From positions 38,137-102,136 of the forward strand of contig JBDHAF010000007.1 in NCBI GenBank assembly GCA_039588255.1: a stretch of DNA of 64,000 bases. The letters are read 5' to 3'. Shown in pieces: positions 25,460-35,911 of the stretch. Both the position numbers and the translations under genes were made by a program. Source of the stretch: Gemmatimonadota bacterium. Lineage in GTDB: Bacteria > Gemmatimonadota > Gemmatimonadetes > Gemmatimonadales > GWC2-71-9. Below the pieces are notes generated by a model. It saw nothing but the letters and a program-made list of their open reading frames with translations. It was not told the origin of the DNA and ran no database searches. Position 1 is the first letter of the stretch. Each line of letters starts with the position of its first letter.

Positions 25460-28092
25460 GCCCGCGTACAGACCGGCACGCCGCGCCGCGGCTGCCCGAG
25501 TTGCTCCTCAACCTCTGCCTGGGTCCGGAGGAGCGGTTCGCCCTCACAGGCGACCTGAACGAGGAGTACGTGCTCTTCGTCCGTCCCAGCCGCGGGAAGC
25601 TCCGGGCGAACCTCTGGTACTGGAAGCAAACCCTCACTTCGCTGTGGCCCAGCCTCAGCAGACGGATGCGGCACCGGCCGTCGCGCCGTCCCAAACGCCC
25701 ACGACGGATTGGAGAGGTGATGTTCCACGGAATGTGGCAGGACATTCGGTTTGCGGCGCGGTCACTGCGCAAGCGCTTGGGTTTCACGACGCTCGCTGTG
25801 GCCACCCTCGCCCTCGGCATCGGCACCAACATCGCGATCTTCAGCACGCTGAATCCGTTTCTGTTCCGGTCGTTGCCCTTCGAGTATCCCGATCGCCTGG
25901 TGCACCTCTTCGGCGTCATCGAGGACTGGGAGGGGTTCGGCGGCGACATGGCCCGCTTCGGGCACGCGGATTTTGCCGACATCCAGTCCGAGGCCACGTC
26001 GTACGAGGAGCTGGGAGCCTACGTCTACGGCATCACCAACCTGACGGGCGGCGACGAGCCGCAGCACGTGACCGCCGGTTACGTCACCGACAACATGTTC
26101 AACATCCTCGGCGTCCGGGCCGCGATCGGTCGGGGAATCGTGCCTGGGAATGCCAGGGAAGACAGTGAGCGTGTGGTGGTGTTGAGCGACGGACTGTGGA
26201 GGCGCAGCTTCGGCGCCGATCCCGACATCGTCGGAAAGGCCGTCTCGATCAACAAGAACATGTACACCGTCACCGGCGTGATGCCGGCCGGGTTCAACTT
26301 CCCGTACGGCGGCGTGCGGATGTGGATCCCCTACCGAATAGACCGAAATGCCGAGCGGGGGGAGGGCAACCTGCTCGGGGTGGGCCGCCTGAAGCCGGGT
26401 GTCTCCATCGAGACAGCCCACGCCGAAATCAGCACAATCGCCAACCGGCTCAAGTCCGCATATCCCGAGACACACGAGAACAAGGGGATGCGGGTCGTTG
26501 CGTTGCGTGAGGGTCTCATATTCCTCTTCGACCTAGTGCGCCTTGCGTTCCTGGCTCTTGGTGCGGCGGTGGGACTGGTGTTGTTGATCGGATGCGCCAA
26601 CGTGGCCAACCTGGTACTCGCGTGGGGCACGGCCCGGGAGCGGGAGATCGCAGTGCGCACGGCCATGGGGGCCAGCCGGGCACGCATCGTACGCCAACTC
26701 CTCACCGAGAACACGCTGTTGGCCCTCATCGCCGGCGTGCTCGGCACCGCGATTGCGATTTTGGCCGTGCGGCCCATCGCCGCCGCCATGCCCGGCGATC
26801 TCTGGCGCGCGGGAGAGATCACCGTGGACGGGGCGGCGCTGGCGTTTGCTCTGATCGCTTCGGTGGGAACCGTCCTGATCTTCGGTCTCGTACCGGCGTT
26901 CCAGACCACGCGCACCAACATCACCAACGCCTTGAAGGAAGGCGGACGGTCGGGCAGCGAAAGCGCCCGGGGACGCCGTCTGAGCAACCTGCTGGTCGTC
27001 GGCGAGATGAGCATGGCCATGTTCCTGTTGATCGGTGCCGCGCTGCTCATCAAGAGCGTCGGCAACATGACCGACATGGACATAGGACTGGAGCCGGAGA
27101 ACGTCTTGACCGCGGAGGTAACGCTGCCTCGGGCGGATTACCAAAATGATTCAGACGTCCTCACGTTCTTGACGAACACCCTCGAGCAGCTCTCTGCGAC
27201 GTCCACCGTCTCGAGTGCTGCAGCGGTGTACCCGCTGCCCATGAACTTCGAGACCATGGGCATGGGCTTCACCATCGACGCCCTTGGCGAAGAGGCGGAC
27301 GACGCCCGTCTCGCCAGCGGGCATTGGGCAACGCCGGATTACTTCCGGACCATGCGCATTCCCCTCCTGGCGGGCCGGGGCTTCACCACGCAAGACACGG
27401 AGGGCACGCCCACCGTCGTCGCCGTCAACAAAGCCCTGGCGGAGCGTTACTGGCCCGGCGAAGATCCCGTCAGCCGGCGGATCACCCTCCACGACCCGCC
27501 CGCCGAGCCCACACCTGCGACGGTGGTCGGCGTGGTCGGCGACGTGATTCAAGGTGGGCTGTACGATCAGGTAGGTCCCCAGATCTACTTGCCGCTGCTC
27601 CAAGATCCGTCTCGTGGCTTTTACCTCGCCCTGGCCACCGGGGCCGACCCGTTGGACGCCGTATCCACCTTGCGGGGCGTCGTGTGGGGGGCCGACCCGA
27701 CCCTGCCGATCTCGGCAATCCGCTCGCTGCTCGCCGGCGGGGCGTTGATCCTCGCGGCCGGGGGCATCTACGGCGTGATCGCGTACTCTGTGAGCCGACG
27801 CATTCACGAGTTCGGCATCCGCACCGCGCTGGGCGCATCCGAGCACCACGTAATCCGCCAGGTCGTCGGTCAGGGAGCCCGGTTGACCCTGATTGGCGTG
27901 GGAATCGGCGTGGCGTTGGCGTTCGCCAGCACCCGGTTACTCAACAACTTGCTCTTCGGAATCGCCCCGGCCGACGTCGCGACGTTCATCGGAATTCCGC
28001 TGTCCCTCGCAGCCGTGGCCTTGCTGGCAAGCTACATTCCGGCGCGCCGGGCCACCCGGGTCGATCCCATGGAGGCATTGCGAATGGAGTGA
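25456..28092 (+). CDS. ADOP-type duplicated FtsX/MacB-like ABC permease with N-terminal prefix domain
   Basis: Prefix ...GDLNEEYVLFVRPSRGKLRANLWYWKQTL. Two MacB_PCD/FtsX units (LRKRLGFTTLAVATLALGIGTNIAIFS...; ...EIAVRTAMGASRARIVRQLL...; ...EFGIRTALGASEHHVIRQVV...ARRATRVDPMEALRME*). Confidence 0.85.
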   Translation: MSPRTDRHAAPRLPELLLNLCLGPEERFALTGDLNEEYVLFVRPSRGKLRANLWYWKQTLTSLWPSLSRRMRHRPSRRPKRPRRIGEVMFHGMWQDIRFAARSLRKRLGFTTLAVATLALGIGTNIAIFSTLNPFLFRSLPFEYPDRLVHLFGVIEDWEGFGGDMARFGHADFADIQSEATSYEELGAYVYGITNLTGGDEPQHVTAGYVTDNMFNILGVRAAIGRGIVPGNAREDSERVVVLSDGLWRRSFGADPDIVGKAVSINKNMYTVTGVMPAGFNFPYGGVRMWIPYRIDRNAERGEGNLLGVGRLKPGVSIETAHAEISTIANRLKSAYPETHENKGMRVVALREGLIFLFDLVRLAFLALGAAVGLVLLIGCANVANLVLAWGTAREREIAVRTAMGASRARIVRQLLTENTLLALIAGVLGTAIAILAVRPIAAAMPGDLWRAGEITVDGAALAFALIASVGTVLIFGLVPAFQTTRTNITNALKEGGRSGSESARGRRLSNLLVVGEMSMAMFLLIGAALLIKSVGNMTDMDIGLEPENVLTAEVTLPRADYQNDSDVLTFLTNTLEQLSATSTVSSAAAVYPLPMNFETMGMGFTIDALGEEADDARLASGHWATPDYFRTMRIPLLAGRGFTTQDTEGTPTVVAVNKALAERYWPGEDPVSRRITLHDPPAEPTPATVVGVVGDVIQGGLYDQVGPQIYLPLLQDPSRGFYLALATGADPLDAVSTLRGVVWGADPTLPISAIRSLLAGGALILAAGGIYGVIAYSVSRRIHEFGIRTALGASEHHVIRQVVGQGARLTLIGVGIGVALAFASTRLLNNLLFGIAPADVATFIGIPLSLAAVALLASYIPARRATRVDPMEALRME

Positions 28093-28137
28093 AGTGCGAT
28101 GAGCAGGGCGATAGCCCGATTGCCGATCCGGTTCACG

Positions 28138-28647
28138 TCACACCCCCACCGTTTCACTCCGCCGTTGGAGCAGCACCACATCCCGCCACGCACCCTTCAT
28201 CGGTCCGTAACTCATCTTCCCGACTCGCGAACGCGTGCCCACCTGGCGAAACCCGACCCTCTCGTGCAACGCTATGCTCGCCGCGTTCTCGGGAAACGTC
28301 TGTGCCTCCAGCGACCACAAGCCCGCCTGCTCCGACTCTACGACGGCGGCTTGCAGCAGCCGCGTCCCGACCCCCAGTCCCCGCCCCGCCGAACCCACGT
28401 ACACACTCGTCTCGGCGACGCCCCCGTAGACACAGCGGTCGGACACGGCGGTCAGCGCGGCCCACGCCACCACCTGACCGTCCACCTCGGCAACGAGGCG
28501 ACACGATTTCATGTGGGAGCCATCCCAATCCTCCCACGGGGGCACTTCGGTTTCGAACGTGGCGTGGCCCGTATCGATCCCCTCGCGAAACACCCGGGCC
28601 ACGGCCGGCCAGTCTGTCTCGGTCATCGGTCTGATCGTGATGTCCAT
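28138..28647 (-). CDS. GNAT family N-acetyltransferase (phosphinothricin acetyltransferase-like)
   Basis: 169 aa from ATG 28647. MDITIRPMTETDWPAVARVFREGIDTGHATFETEVPPWEDWD...YVGSAGRGLGVGTRLLQAAV...ASIALHERVGFRQVG. Confidence 0.85.
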   Translation of the reverse strand: MDITIRPMTETDWPAVARVFREGIDTGHATFETEVPPWEDWDGSHMKSCRLVAEVDGQVVAWAALTAVSDRCVYGGVAETSVYVGSAGRGLGVGTRLLQAAVVESEQAGLWSLEAQTFPENAASIALHERVGFRQVGTRSRVGKMSYGPMKGAWRDVVLLQRRSETVGV

Positions 28648-28685
28648 GATGCGGAATAGTCTGACAGACCGGCTGCCCCAGGGCA

Positions 28686-29171
28686 ATGGGTACCTCAACG
28701 CCTGAAACCAGCAGGGCATCTGTACCCATCGGGGAAGCGAACACGCTTGCCGGTGACATCTTGTTGGACAAGAAGGTGTTCGAGGTGTTCGGGCGACTGT
28801 TTCTCCTGTTCGGTGCCGCGGCGCTTTTCCTGGCATCAGTGGGATTGTACGGCGTCATGTCCTTTGGCGTGAGCCGACGGACGAAGGAGCTGGGCGTTCG
28901 TGTCGCGCTGGGCGCACAGGAAACCGATGTGCTCCGCCTCGTCATGCGGCAGGGCATGGTTCAGCTCGGTGTGGGCTTGACCCTTGGCCTCTCGCTCGCG
29001 GCCGCCCTGTCGCGAGCCATGTCGATGGCGTTCTTCCAAGTCGACCCGTGGGACAAGTCGATTTTCATCTTGATCGCGGTGTTGCTGTCGGGGACCGGCC
29101 TGCTCGCGACGATCATTCCGGCGCGACGCGCCACCCGCGTGGATCCCATGGTGGCGTTGCGATACGAGTAG
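28686..29171 (+). pseudogene. Orphan C-terminal FtsX-domain fragment of a second ADOP-type permease
   Basis: ...VFEVFGRLFLLFGAAALFLASVGLYGVMSFGVSRRTKELGVRVALGAQETDVLRLVMRQG...IIPARRATRVDPMVALRYE* parallels the last ~140 aa of the 25456-28092 permease. There is no N-terminal ~700 aa and no plausible start or SD. Confidence 0.6.
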
Positions 29172-29183
29172 GGACCGGTGGGC

Positions 29184-32100
29184 TCATGGCTCGCTGCTGG
29201 CCGCCCCGTACACTTTGTCCACATCCTCCAGCGCCGGCCACTCCATGATGCCCAGGGCATCCTGGACGTACTCCACACTCCGCATGCCGTTCAGCACGCA
29301 CGTCACGCCCGGCGTGCTCGCCACCGTCCACAGTGCCTTCCGCGAAAAACTCTCACCACCACGTTCCACGGGTAGCGCCGGATCCACCCGTGCGGCAATG
29401 GCCTCGCTCTTTGCCCGCGCGTCCATCGCGGACGCTCCGCGCATGGCCCGCATCAACTTGTTCAGCTCGGGGAAATACCGCATGCGCCAAGAATCCCACT
29501 GCTCTGCCGCTTCACCACTGAGATGCTGGTCGAGCGACGCGGACAGGCGTGCGACGGTGTAGCTGACCTGTCCCTCCATCTGGGCCCACTCCTCGAGACC
29601 CGGCAGCTGTGTGCGAATTGCGCGCAGGCGGTCCGCCCAGCGAAAGAACTCGGTTGGCTGCAGCGCGTCAGGTGGTGCCGTTATAGAAGGCACAATGCGC
29701 TCTTGGAAGGATTCCTCCAGCGCGCCCACACGCTCGAGCTGGGTGTCCCAATCCACATCCTCCTCGATGGGAAGAACGTCCGTGAGACGCAACATGCCGC
29801 CGGCCGTGAAGGCATTGAGGGGTCGGTTCACCATGACGGCAAAGCCGGCCTCCCGTGCTCCCTCCAATGCCGACATGCTCCGGCCCGGACCCGTGTTCCG
29901 CTCGTGGACGGCTCCCACCTCAAAGAGGTTCAAGGGCAGCTGGACCACCTTACACAAGTGCTGTTCGCCGGCCACCGCGTCCGCCGCGGATGCCAATCGG
30001 CTCACGGACACCGAGGCGTTGGCCGTCGCGGGCGACACAATCGTGTTCGACGACACGCCGTACCAGCGCAACCTTCCGGCGGCAATCTGATCCTCGAAGA
30101 AGCGGAATGCCGCCTCGATGCGACGATAGAATTCATCGCGGGCGCGCACCAGCGGTACCCCCTCGGCGGCGGCGGCTACCAGAAAATATTCCGGGTTGTG
30201 CAGCAGACACACGTCCAGGGTCTCGAGCTCGAGGCGCTCGAGCGACCGTTGAAATTGATCGTTGAGGAACTCCGGGTGAATACAGTGCCACAATCCTTCC
30301 TGGATCTTGACCATGTCCGGATAGGGGTTGCCCTGCTCTTCGCGCTCCGCCGCGATGGCATGATTCTCCCCTTGTACATAGCCGATTTTGGAAACGACCA
30401 CGAGCTCGTCCCGCAACAGCTCGCTTCCTTCGACCAGCTCGCGGATTACGCTCCCGATCAGCCGCTCGCTTCCGCCGTCCATGTAATTAGTCGACGTATC
30501 CACGACGTTCACACCCGAAAGCAACGCACGGATCAGCGATTCTCGGTGCTCCGGAATGCCGTCCGTCACGCGATAGCCCCCGAAGCCCACCGCGCTCGTC
30601 GTCAGGCCCGTGGTGCCGAATGACCGGTAGCCCCGCTCTCCGAACCGGGCCGCATATCGCTTGGTGCCGGCCCCGGTCGCACTGCCTGCGAGTGGAGCCG
30701 AGATGACTTGATCGGTGCGGGCGCCTTTCACCGACGACAGCGCTGACGCCGCCTCGGCGGGATCCACGATCGGGGCAAGACACGTGTAATCGCGACAGAT
30801 GTACAATGCCGCCTTGCCGTCCACCAACGTCTTCCCTCTCTCCAGCGGCCGAGAATCGTCACCGGGGCGATCCGGGTCGACGACCGCCTCAATGCGGTTG
30901 GGCAGAAAGTGCTTTGCGACTTCAGCTCGCAGCGCCTCCAGATCGGTCGACCCCGGCTTCCCGACTACGGCCAACTCCACCGGTCCCTCGAGGAGGAGAT
31001 CGACGACATGCAAGCTCTTCGCGAACACCCGCGGATGCCGGGCAATCATCCCCCCGTAGGCGCGGATGGCACGGACTGCAATCGTCTTGAGATCGTCCCG
31101 GTCCAGGTGATACGAGGCGCGCACGAGTGCCGCCGCCGCTACTGCGTTACTCGAGGGCGTCGCCCCGTCGGTTCCTTCGCGAAACCGCATCAGGAGCTCT
31201 TTGTGGTGGGTGGACGTGTTGAAGAATGACCCGCTCTCGGTGTCGAGGAAATCTGTCACGGTCCGATCGAGCAATCGCTCGGCTTCGCATAGGTATCGGA
31301 CCTCCCCTCCCACCTCGTAGAGATCCACCAGCGCTTCCGACAAGAAGGCGTAATCTTCGAGGTAGGCGTGCAGGTGTGCCTTCCCGTTCCTATACGTTCG
31401 AAGCAGGGCGCCGTCGTGATCTACAAGCTCCTCCAACAGAAAGTCTGCCGCTCGCGTCGCCGCCTCGAGATACCGGTTGTCCCGCAACACCCTGCTGGCG
31501 TGGGCAAACGCGCTGACCATCATCCCGTTCCACGCCGTGAGCACCTTGTCGTCTAAGCCGGGGTGGACACGCTCGAGCCGGGCTTCGTACACCTTGGATC
31601 GAAGTTCATCCAACCGCCGCTGCAACACGTCGGGGTCCAACCGAAACTGCAGGGCGACATCTTCCACCGGACGCGGTGTATGTGGAATGCTCTTTCCCTC
31701 CCAGTTCCCCGTGTCGCTGATATCGTAGAACGCACTGAAGAGTCGCGCGTCGTCAGCTCCCAACACCGCTTCGATCTCCTCGGGTGCCCACACGAAGAAT
31801 TTGCCCTCGACGCCTTCTGAATCCGCGTCCGTGGCCGAGTAGAAGCCACCTTCCGGCGCGGTCATCTCTCGGAGGACGTAGTCGAGCGTCTCGGTGACGA
31901 TGCGTCGGTAGAAGGGTTCCTCGGTCACCTGGTACGCTTCGAGGTACGCCGTCGACAGCAGCGCGTTGTCGTACAGCATCTTCTCGAAGTGTGGCACCAG
32001 CCACTGCGCATCCGTCGAGTATCGCGAGAAACCGCCACCGACCTGGTCGTATATGCCGCCCCTGGCCATGGCGTCCAAGGTCTTTCGCACCATCTGCAGG

Positions 32101-32804
32101 GCTTGGGACGCATCGAAGCGACGATGGAGGCGAAGGAGCAGCGAGAGCCCGGTGGCAGCAGGGAACTTCGGCGCGGGGCCGAATCCGCCGAACGTCTCGT
32201 CGAACTCGGCTTCGTACTGGGACAACGCCAGCTTCAGCTCGGTTTCACCGACGGAAAGCGTACCTGTTGCTTGACGTTGCGCTTTGAGATGCCCGACCAA
32301 CTTCGCAGCGCCATTCTGGAGGCTAGCTGGATCCTCCTGCCATGCGTGTGCGATCCGCTGCAGGAGTGACGGGAATCCGGGTTGGCCATGGCGATCGTCA
32401 GGCGGGAAGTAGGTGCCGGCAAACACCGGCGCAAGGTCGGGCGTGAGGAACACCGTCATCGGCCAGCCGCCGTGTCCTTGATTCATGGCCAGCGTAGCCG
32501 CCATGTAAATGTCATCGAGATCAGGACGCTCTTCGCGGTCAACCTTGATGTTGATGAAGTGCTCATTCATCAATTGCGCAATCGCCTCATCCTCGAACGA
32601 TTCCCGTTCCATCACATGGCACCAATGGCATGACGAATACCCGATCGAGAGCATTATGAGTCGTCTCTCGTCTCTTGCTTTGGCGAGGGCCTCCTCTCCC
32701 CACGGATACCAGTCCACCGGGTTGTGCGCGTGCTGCAAGAGATACGGACTCGTCTCGTCGATGAGACGGTTGGTATGCTCTGGTGACGTAGTGCTGTCAG
32801 TCAT
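29184..32804 (-). CDS. Fusion protein: thioredoxin-fold DUF255/YyaL-type (alpha/alpha)6 domain protein + C-terminal aldo/keto reductase
   Basis: ATG 32804. [48 protein letters not shown] (YyaL N-terminus) ...[15 protein letters not shown] (usual YyaL end). It then continues in the same ORF with [14 protein letters not shown]...[19 protein letters not shown]...[10 protein letters not shown]...WYGVSSN (AKR). Confidence 0.8.
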   Translation of the reverse strand: MTDSTTSPEHTNRLIDETSPYLLQHAHNPVDWYPWGEEALAKARDERRLIMLSIGYSSCHWCHVMERESFEDEAIAQLMNEHFINIKVDREERPDLDDIYMAATLAMNQGHGGWPMTVFLTPDLAPVFAGTYFPPDDRHGQPGFPSLLQRIAHAWQEDPASLQNGAAKLVGHLKAQRQATGTLSVGETELKLALSQYEAEFDETFGGFGPAPKFPAATGLSLLLRLHRRFDASQALQMVRKTLDAMARGGIYDQVGGGFSRYSTDAQWLVPHFEKMLYDNALLSTAYLEAYQVTEEPFYRRIVTETLDYVLREMTAPEGGFYSATDADSEGVEGKFFVWAPEEIEAVLGADDARLFSAFYDISDTGNWEGKSIPHTPRPVEDVALQFRLDPDVLQRRLDELRSKVYEARLERVHPGLDDKVLTAWNGMMVSAFAHASRVLRDNRYLEAATRAADFLLEELVDHDGALLRTYRNGKAHLHAYLEDYAFLSEALVDLYEVGGEVRYLCEAERLLDRTVTDFLDTESGSFFNTSTHHKELLMRFREGTDGATPSSNAVAAAALVRASYHLDRDDLKTIAVRAIRAYGGMIARHPRVFAKSLHVVDLLLEGPVELAVVGKPGSTDLEALRAEVAKHFLPNRIEAVVDPDRPGDDSRPLERGKTLVDGKAALYICRDYTCLAPIVDPAEAASALSSVKGARTDQVISAPLAGSATGAGTKRYAARFGERGYRSFGTTGLTTSAVGFGGYRVTDGIPEHRESLIRALLSGVNVVDTSTNYMDGGSERLIGSVIRELVEGSELLRDELVVVSKIGYVQGENHAIAAEREEQGNPYPDMVKIQEGLWHCIHPEFLNDQFQRSLERLELETLDVCLLHNPEYFLVAAAAEGVPLVRARDEFYRRIEAAFRFFEDQIAAGRLRWYGVSSNTIVSPATANASVSVSRLASAADAVAGEQHLCKVVQLPLNLFEVGAVHERNTGPGRSMSALEGAREAGFAVMVNRPLNAFTAGGMLRLTDVLPIEEDVDWDTQLERVGALEESFQERIVPSITAPPDALQPTEFFRWADRLRAIRTQLPGLEEWAQMEGQVSYTVARLSASLDQHLSGEAAEQWDSWRMRYFPELNKLMRAMRGASAMDARAKSEAIAARVDPALPVERGGESFSRKALWTVASTPGVTCVLNGMRSVEYVQDALGIMEWPALEDVDKVYGAASSEP

Positions 32805-32886
32805 CCCGCTCCCTTGCCTTGGCCCTACGGAAACGCGCGCACCTTGTGCGCGCCGGAGCTGAAAACGTAGAATGGGTTGCTTGTAG

Positions 32887-33114
32887 TATGACAGGTCCCC
32901 ATCCAGGTGGGAAGCCGCGACGATCACCGTGTTGAGCCGCTCCACCGGGAAGGACACCGAAAGGTCGCAGTACTTCATCACCCACGTCATGTCCCCGCAT
33001 CTCGACGGGCGGTATACGGCGTTCGGATGGGTGGTCGACGGGCTCGACGTGGTGGACCGGATCTATCAGGGTGATCGCGTGGTCCGGGCCCGGGTTGTGA
33101 GAGGCAGGGGGTAG
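32887..33114 (+). pseudogene. C-terminal fragment of a cyclophilin-type peptidyl-prolyl isomerase
   Basis: Open only from the TAG at 32884. ...[60 protein letters not shown] matches the last ~65 aa of cyclophilins. The N-terminal ~100 aa are absent. Confidence 0.55.
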
Positions 33115-33199
33115 CGGCCGCCTCCACCGAGCCCGGCATGGCGCGCGCCCGTTTGGTGAGTATGTTTGACGGTCCTGCGAAGACAACGGAACAGCCAGC

Positions 33200-34387
33200 A
33201 TGAACGATCAGAAGGACCGATTCATCCCTCTCAGGGCCGACGCAGGCCCTCAGGACCTAGAGGATGCCCTCCGGCATCTCCACAAGGCCGTCGAGACCAT
33301 GCAGCTCGGCGTGACGATTACCGATATCAACGGCAAGATCGTCTATTCGAACTCGGCCGATGCCAGGATGCACGGGTATACGGTCGAGGAGCTGATCGGC
33401 AAGGACGTCAGCGTGTTCTGTATGCCGGGCTACCGGCGGTCGCTGCACCCAGCCCAGCTTCGAAGCATGAAGAGTTGGCGCAGGGAAAGCATGAACGTGC
33501 GGAAGGACGGTACCCTCTTGCCCGTGTCGCTCATGTCGGACGTCGTGCTGGACGCCGAGGACAAACCGATCGGCGTGGTGACGACCTGTGAAGACCTCAC
33601 CAACGTGAAGTTGGCCGAGGCCGAGCGGGAGCGTCTCCAGATTCAGGTGCAACAGTCCCGCAAGCTGGAAAGCCTCGCCGTGCTCGCCAGCGGCGTGGCC
33701 CACGACTTCAACAATCTCCTGTCGGTCATCTCGGCAAACGCGAGCCTCATCTTGAGCGAGCTTCCGGCGGAAGCGTCTCCCGTCCTCAATAAGGTCCTCG
33801 GGATGCAAAACGCCGCCCTTCGGATGTCAGAGCTGACCGGTCAGCTCCTGGCGTATTCCGGGCAGGGCCAGCGCAAGACGGTTACCGTCGATTTCAATGA
33901 CGTCGTGAAGGAGCTGGTCCACTTCATCGAGGTGTCCAAGGCGAGTCACGTCACGCTGCGCTACGACTTGTCAGAGAACATCCCGACCGTGACGGCCGAT
34001 CCCGTCCAACTCCAACAAGTCATTCGCCACCTCATCACCAACGCCTCCGAAGCCGTCGGTGACGAAGGTGGGGTCGTCACGATCCGCACCGGCTCGAAAT
34101 GGCTGGACCGGGATTACCTCGCCACGACTTTTTTGGGAGACGACGCGCCTCAGGGGAACTACGTGTTTCTCGAGGTGGTGGACACCGGTGTGGGGATGGA
34201 CCCCGAGACGAAGGCCAAGATCTTCGACCCCTTCTTCACCACGAAGTTCACCGGCCGCGGCCTGGGTTTGGCCGCCGTGATCGGGATCGTACGCAGCCAC
34301 GGGGGAGTCATCCGCATCGATTCCGCCACGCACCAAGGCACCTGCATCACGACCTTCTTCCCAGAAGATCGGCCCGCACAAGACTGA
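33200..34387 (+). CDS. Cytoplasmic PAS-domain sensor histidine kinase
   Basis: PAS MQLGVTITDINGKIVYSNSADARMHGYTVEELIGK. H-box LASGVAHDFNNLLSVI. HATPase DTGVGMDPETKAKIFDPFFTTKFTGRGLGLAAVIGIV. No TM segment. Confidence 0.85.
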   Translation: MNDQKDRFIPLRADAGPQDLEDALRHLHKAVETMQLGVTITDINGKIVYSNSADARMHGYTVEELIGKDVSVFCMPGYRRSLHPAQLRSMKSWRRESMNVRKDGTLLPVSLMSDVVLDAEDKPIGVVTTCEDLTNVKLAEAERERLQIQVQQSRKLESLAVLASGVAHDFNNLLSVISANASLILSELPAEASPVLNKVLGMQNAALRMSELTGQLLAYSGQGQRKTVTVDFNDVVKELVHFIEVSKASHVTLRYDLSENIPTVTADPVQLQQVIRHLITNASEAVGDEGGVVTIRTGSKWLDRDYLATTFLGDDAPQGNYVFLEVVDTGVGMDPETKAKIFDPFFTTKFTGRGLGLAAVIGIVRSHGGVIRIDSATHQGTCITTFFPEDRPAQD

Positions 34388-34396
34388 GTCGCCGGT

Positions 34397-35416
34397 CTAG
34401 GCGGCGGTCTCCATCGCCTCGGAATAGGAGCCGCTCCGTGCCGCGCCGTTGCACTGCGCCCGGTGCTGAAACGCATGCTGGGCCGCTGCGAGATTGGCCG
34501 TGTCCCCACCCCAGGCCTTGAGGGCGTGCTCCTGCAGGGCCCTGCCGTACGAGAAGCTCAACTCCCAGGGTTGATCGCCGAGCGCGTTTATGGCGTTCAA
34601 GTGAGCGGTGGCTAGTTCGGAGCTCTGGCCCCCGGAGAGGAAGACGATCCCGGGTACCGCCGCCGGAACCGACTGCCGGAGGCACTCGACCGTTGCCTTG
34701 GCAACCTCTTCGACACTCGCCTGCGTTGGGCAGTCCTTCCCGGAGAGCACCATGTTGGGCTTGAGGAGCGTTCCCTCGAGCTCCACCCCCTGCCCGTAGA
34801 GCTGCCCGTACACTGCGCGCAGTGTGCCCCCAGTCACTTGACCACACCGCTCGATGGTGTGATCGCCGTCCATCAAGACCTCGGGCTCGACGATGGGAAC
34901 CAATCCGGCCTCCTGGGACAGCGCCGCGTAGCGCGCCAGCGCGTGGGCATTGGCCCCGACGCAGGCGCGGCTGGGGATACCGTCCCCAATGGCGATCACG
35001 GCCCGCCACTTGGCGAAACGCGCACCCAGATCCCGATACTCTGCAAGGCGCTCCCGGAGTCCATCCAACCCTTCGGTGACCTTTTCGCCCGGGAATCCTG
35101 CCAGGGCCTTGGCGCCCCCGTCCACCTTGATCCCGGGAATGACACCCCGGTCCGTCAACACCTGGCCGAATGGGGTGCCGTTATCCGCACTCTGACGCAG
35201 CGTCTCATCGAACAGGATGACACCGCTGATGTGCTGCTCCATGCCCTCAGTGGTGAAGAGCAGCTGCCGATACGCTTGCCGGTTATCCTCGGTCGACGGC
35301 ACGTTGATGGAGTCGAAGCGCTTCTTGATCGTGGCCGAGCTCTCGTCGGCGGCGAGGATGCCCTTTCCCTTGGCAACGAGGGCTTGGGCGGTCGATGCCA
35401 GATCTGCAATGTTCAT
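34397..35416 (-). CDS. Class I fructose-bisphosphate aldolase
   Basis: ATG 35416 follows AGGAGA. MNIADLASTAQALVAKGKGILAADESSATIKKRF...LLKPNMV...FLSGGQS are hallmarks of the class I (Schiff-base) aldolase family. Confidence 0.9.
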   Translation of the reverse strand: MNIADLASTAQALVAKGKGILAADESSATIKKRFDSINVPSTEDNRQAYRQLLFTTEGMEQHISGVILFDETLRQSADNGTPFGQVLTDRGVIPGIKVDGGAKALAGFPGEKVTEGLDGLRERLAEYRDLGARFAKWRAVIAIGDGIPSRACVGANAHALARYAALSQEAGLVPIVEPEVLMDGDHTIERCGQVTGGTLRAVYGQLYGQGVELEGTLLKPNMVLSGKDCPTQASVEEVAKATVECLRQSVPAAVPGIVFLSGGQSSELATAHLNAINALGDQPWELSFSYGRALQEHALKAWGGDTANLAAAQHAFQHRAQCNGAARSGSYSEAMETAA

Positions 35417-35911
35417 GCGATCCAGTTCTCCTGAAGAACCCAGGGTGGCGAGACCGCCGGGTTGGTACCTGTGAATGCCGAAGTGGGGGCTGCGAGGAGG
35501 AACAATAACCAAGGGCTCCCGTCTTTGCACACCCACCACACCGGAGCCTTCCGACCCCCGTTTCCTCCGACTTTTCGGGCCTTAGGCCCTCCCCGAGGCC
35601 TGCCCCTGATCGATGCTACCGCCAGCCCGACTGGGCACCCGGGAACCCGTCGGAACCTATTGGGGTTGTTCGGATAAGAGGAACGTGCGTGCCTGGGCTC
35701 CAGGCAGGTGACAAGGAACCTTAAAAAAGCTCTGTCATTGGCCGTCACACCAACGTGGCAGGCGGGAAGGTAAGTGCCCATGACAACGATTGACGTCGGC
35801 GAACTCAGGACTCAGCTCAGGATCCCAGGCTCCCCTGGGACGGCAGCAGCCCCCTCAAACGACAGCGGCTCGCACGGGGAAGCTTCATCCAACGGGAACG
35901 GCAAGCCGGAA

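Noticed and set aside
27324-28634. 436-aa plus-strand ORF running through the end of the ADOP permease and the whole GNAT gene
   Set aside because: It crosses a gene boundary and lies antisense to the GNAT gene. Its composition is Pro/Arg-rich low complexity, so it is not coding.
35417-35911. Known structured RNA (RNase P, tmRNA, SRP/4.5S, 6S, common riboswitches) in the long aldolase/XRE gap
   Set aside because: I could not find the conserved core strings of these RNAs on either strand. Only short generic GC hairpins are present, so it is kept as a low-interest open question rather than a feature.
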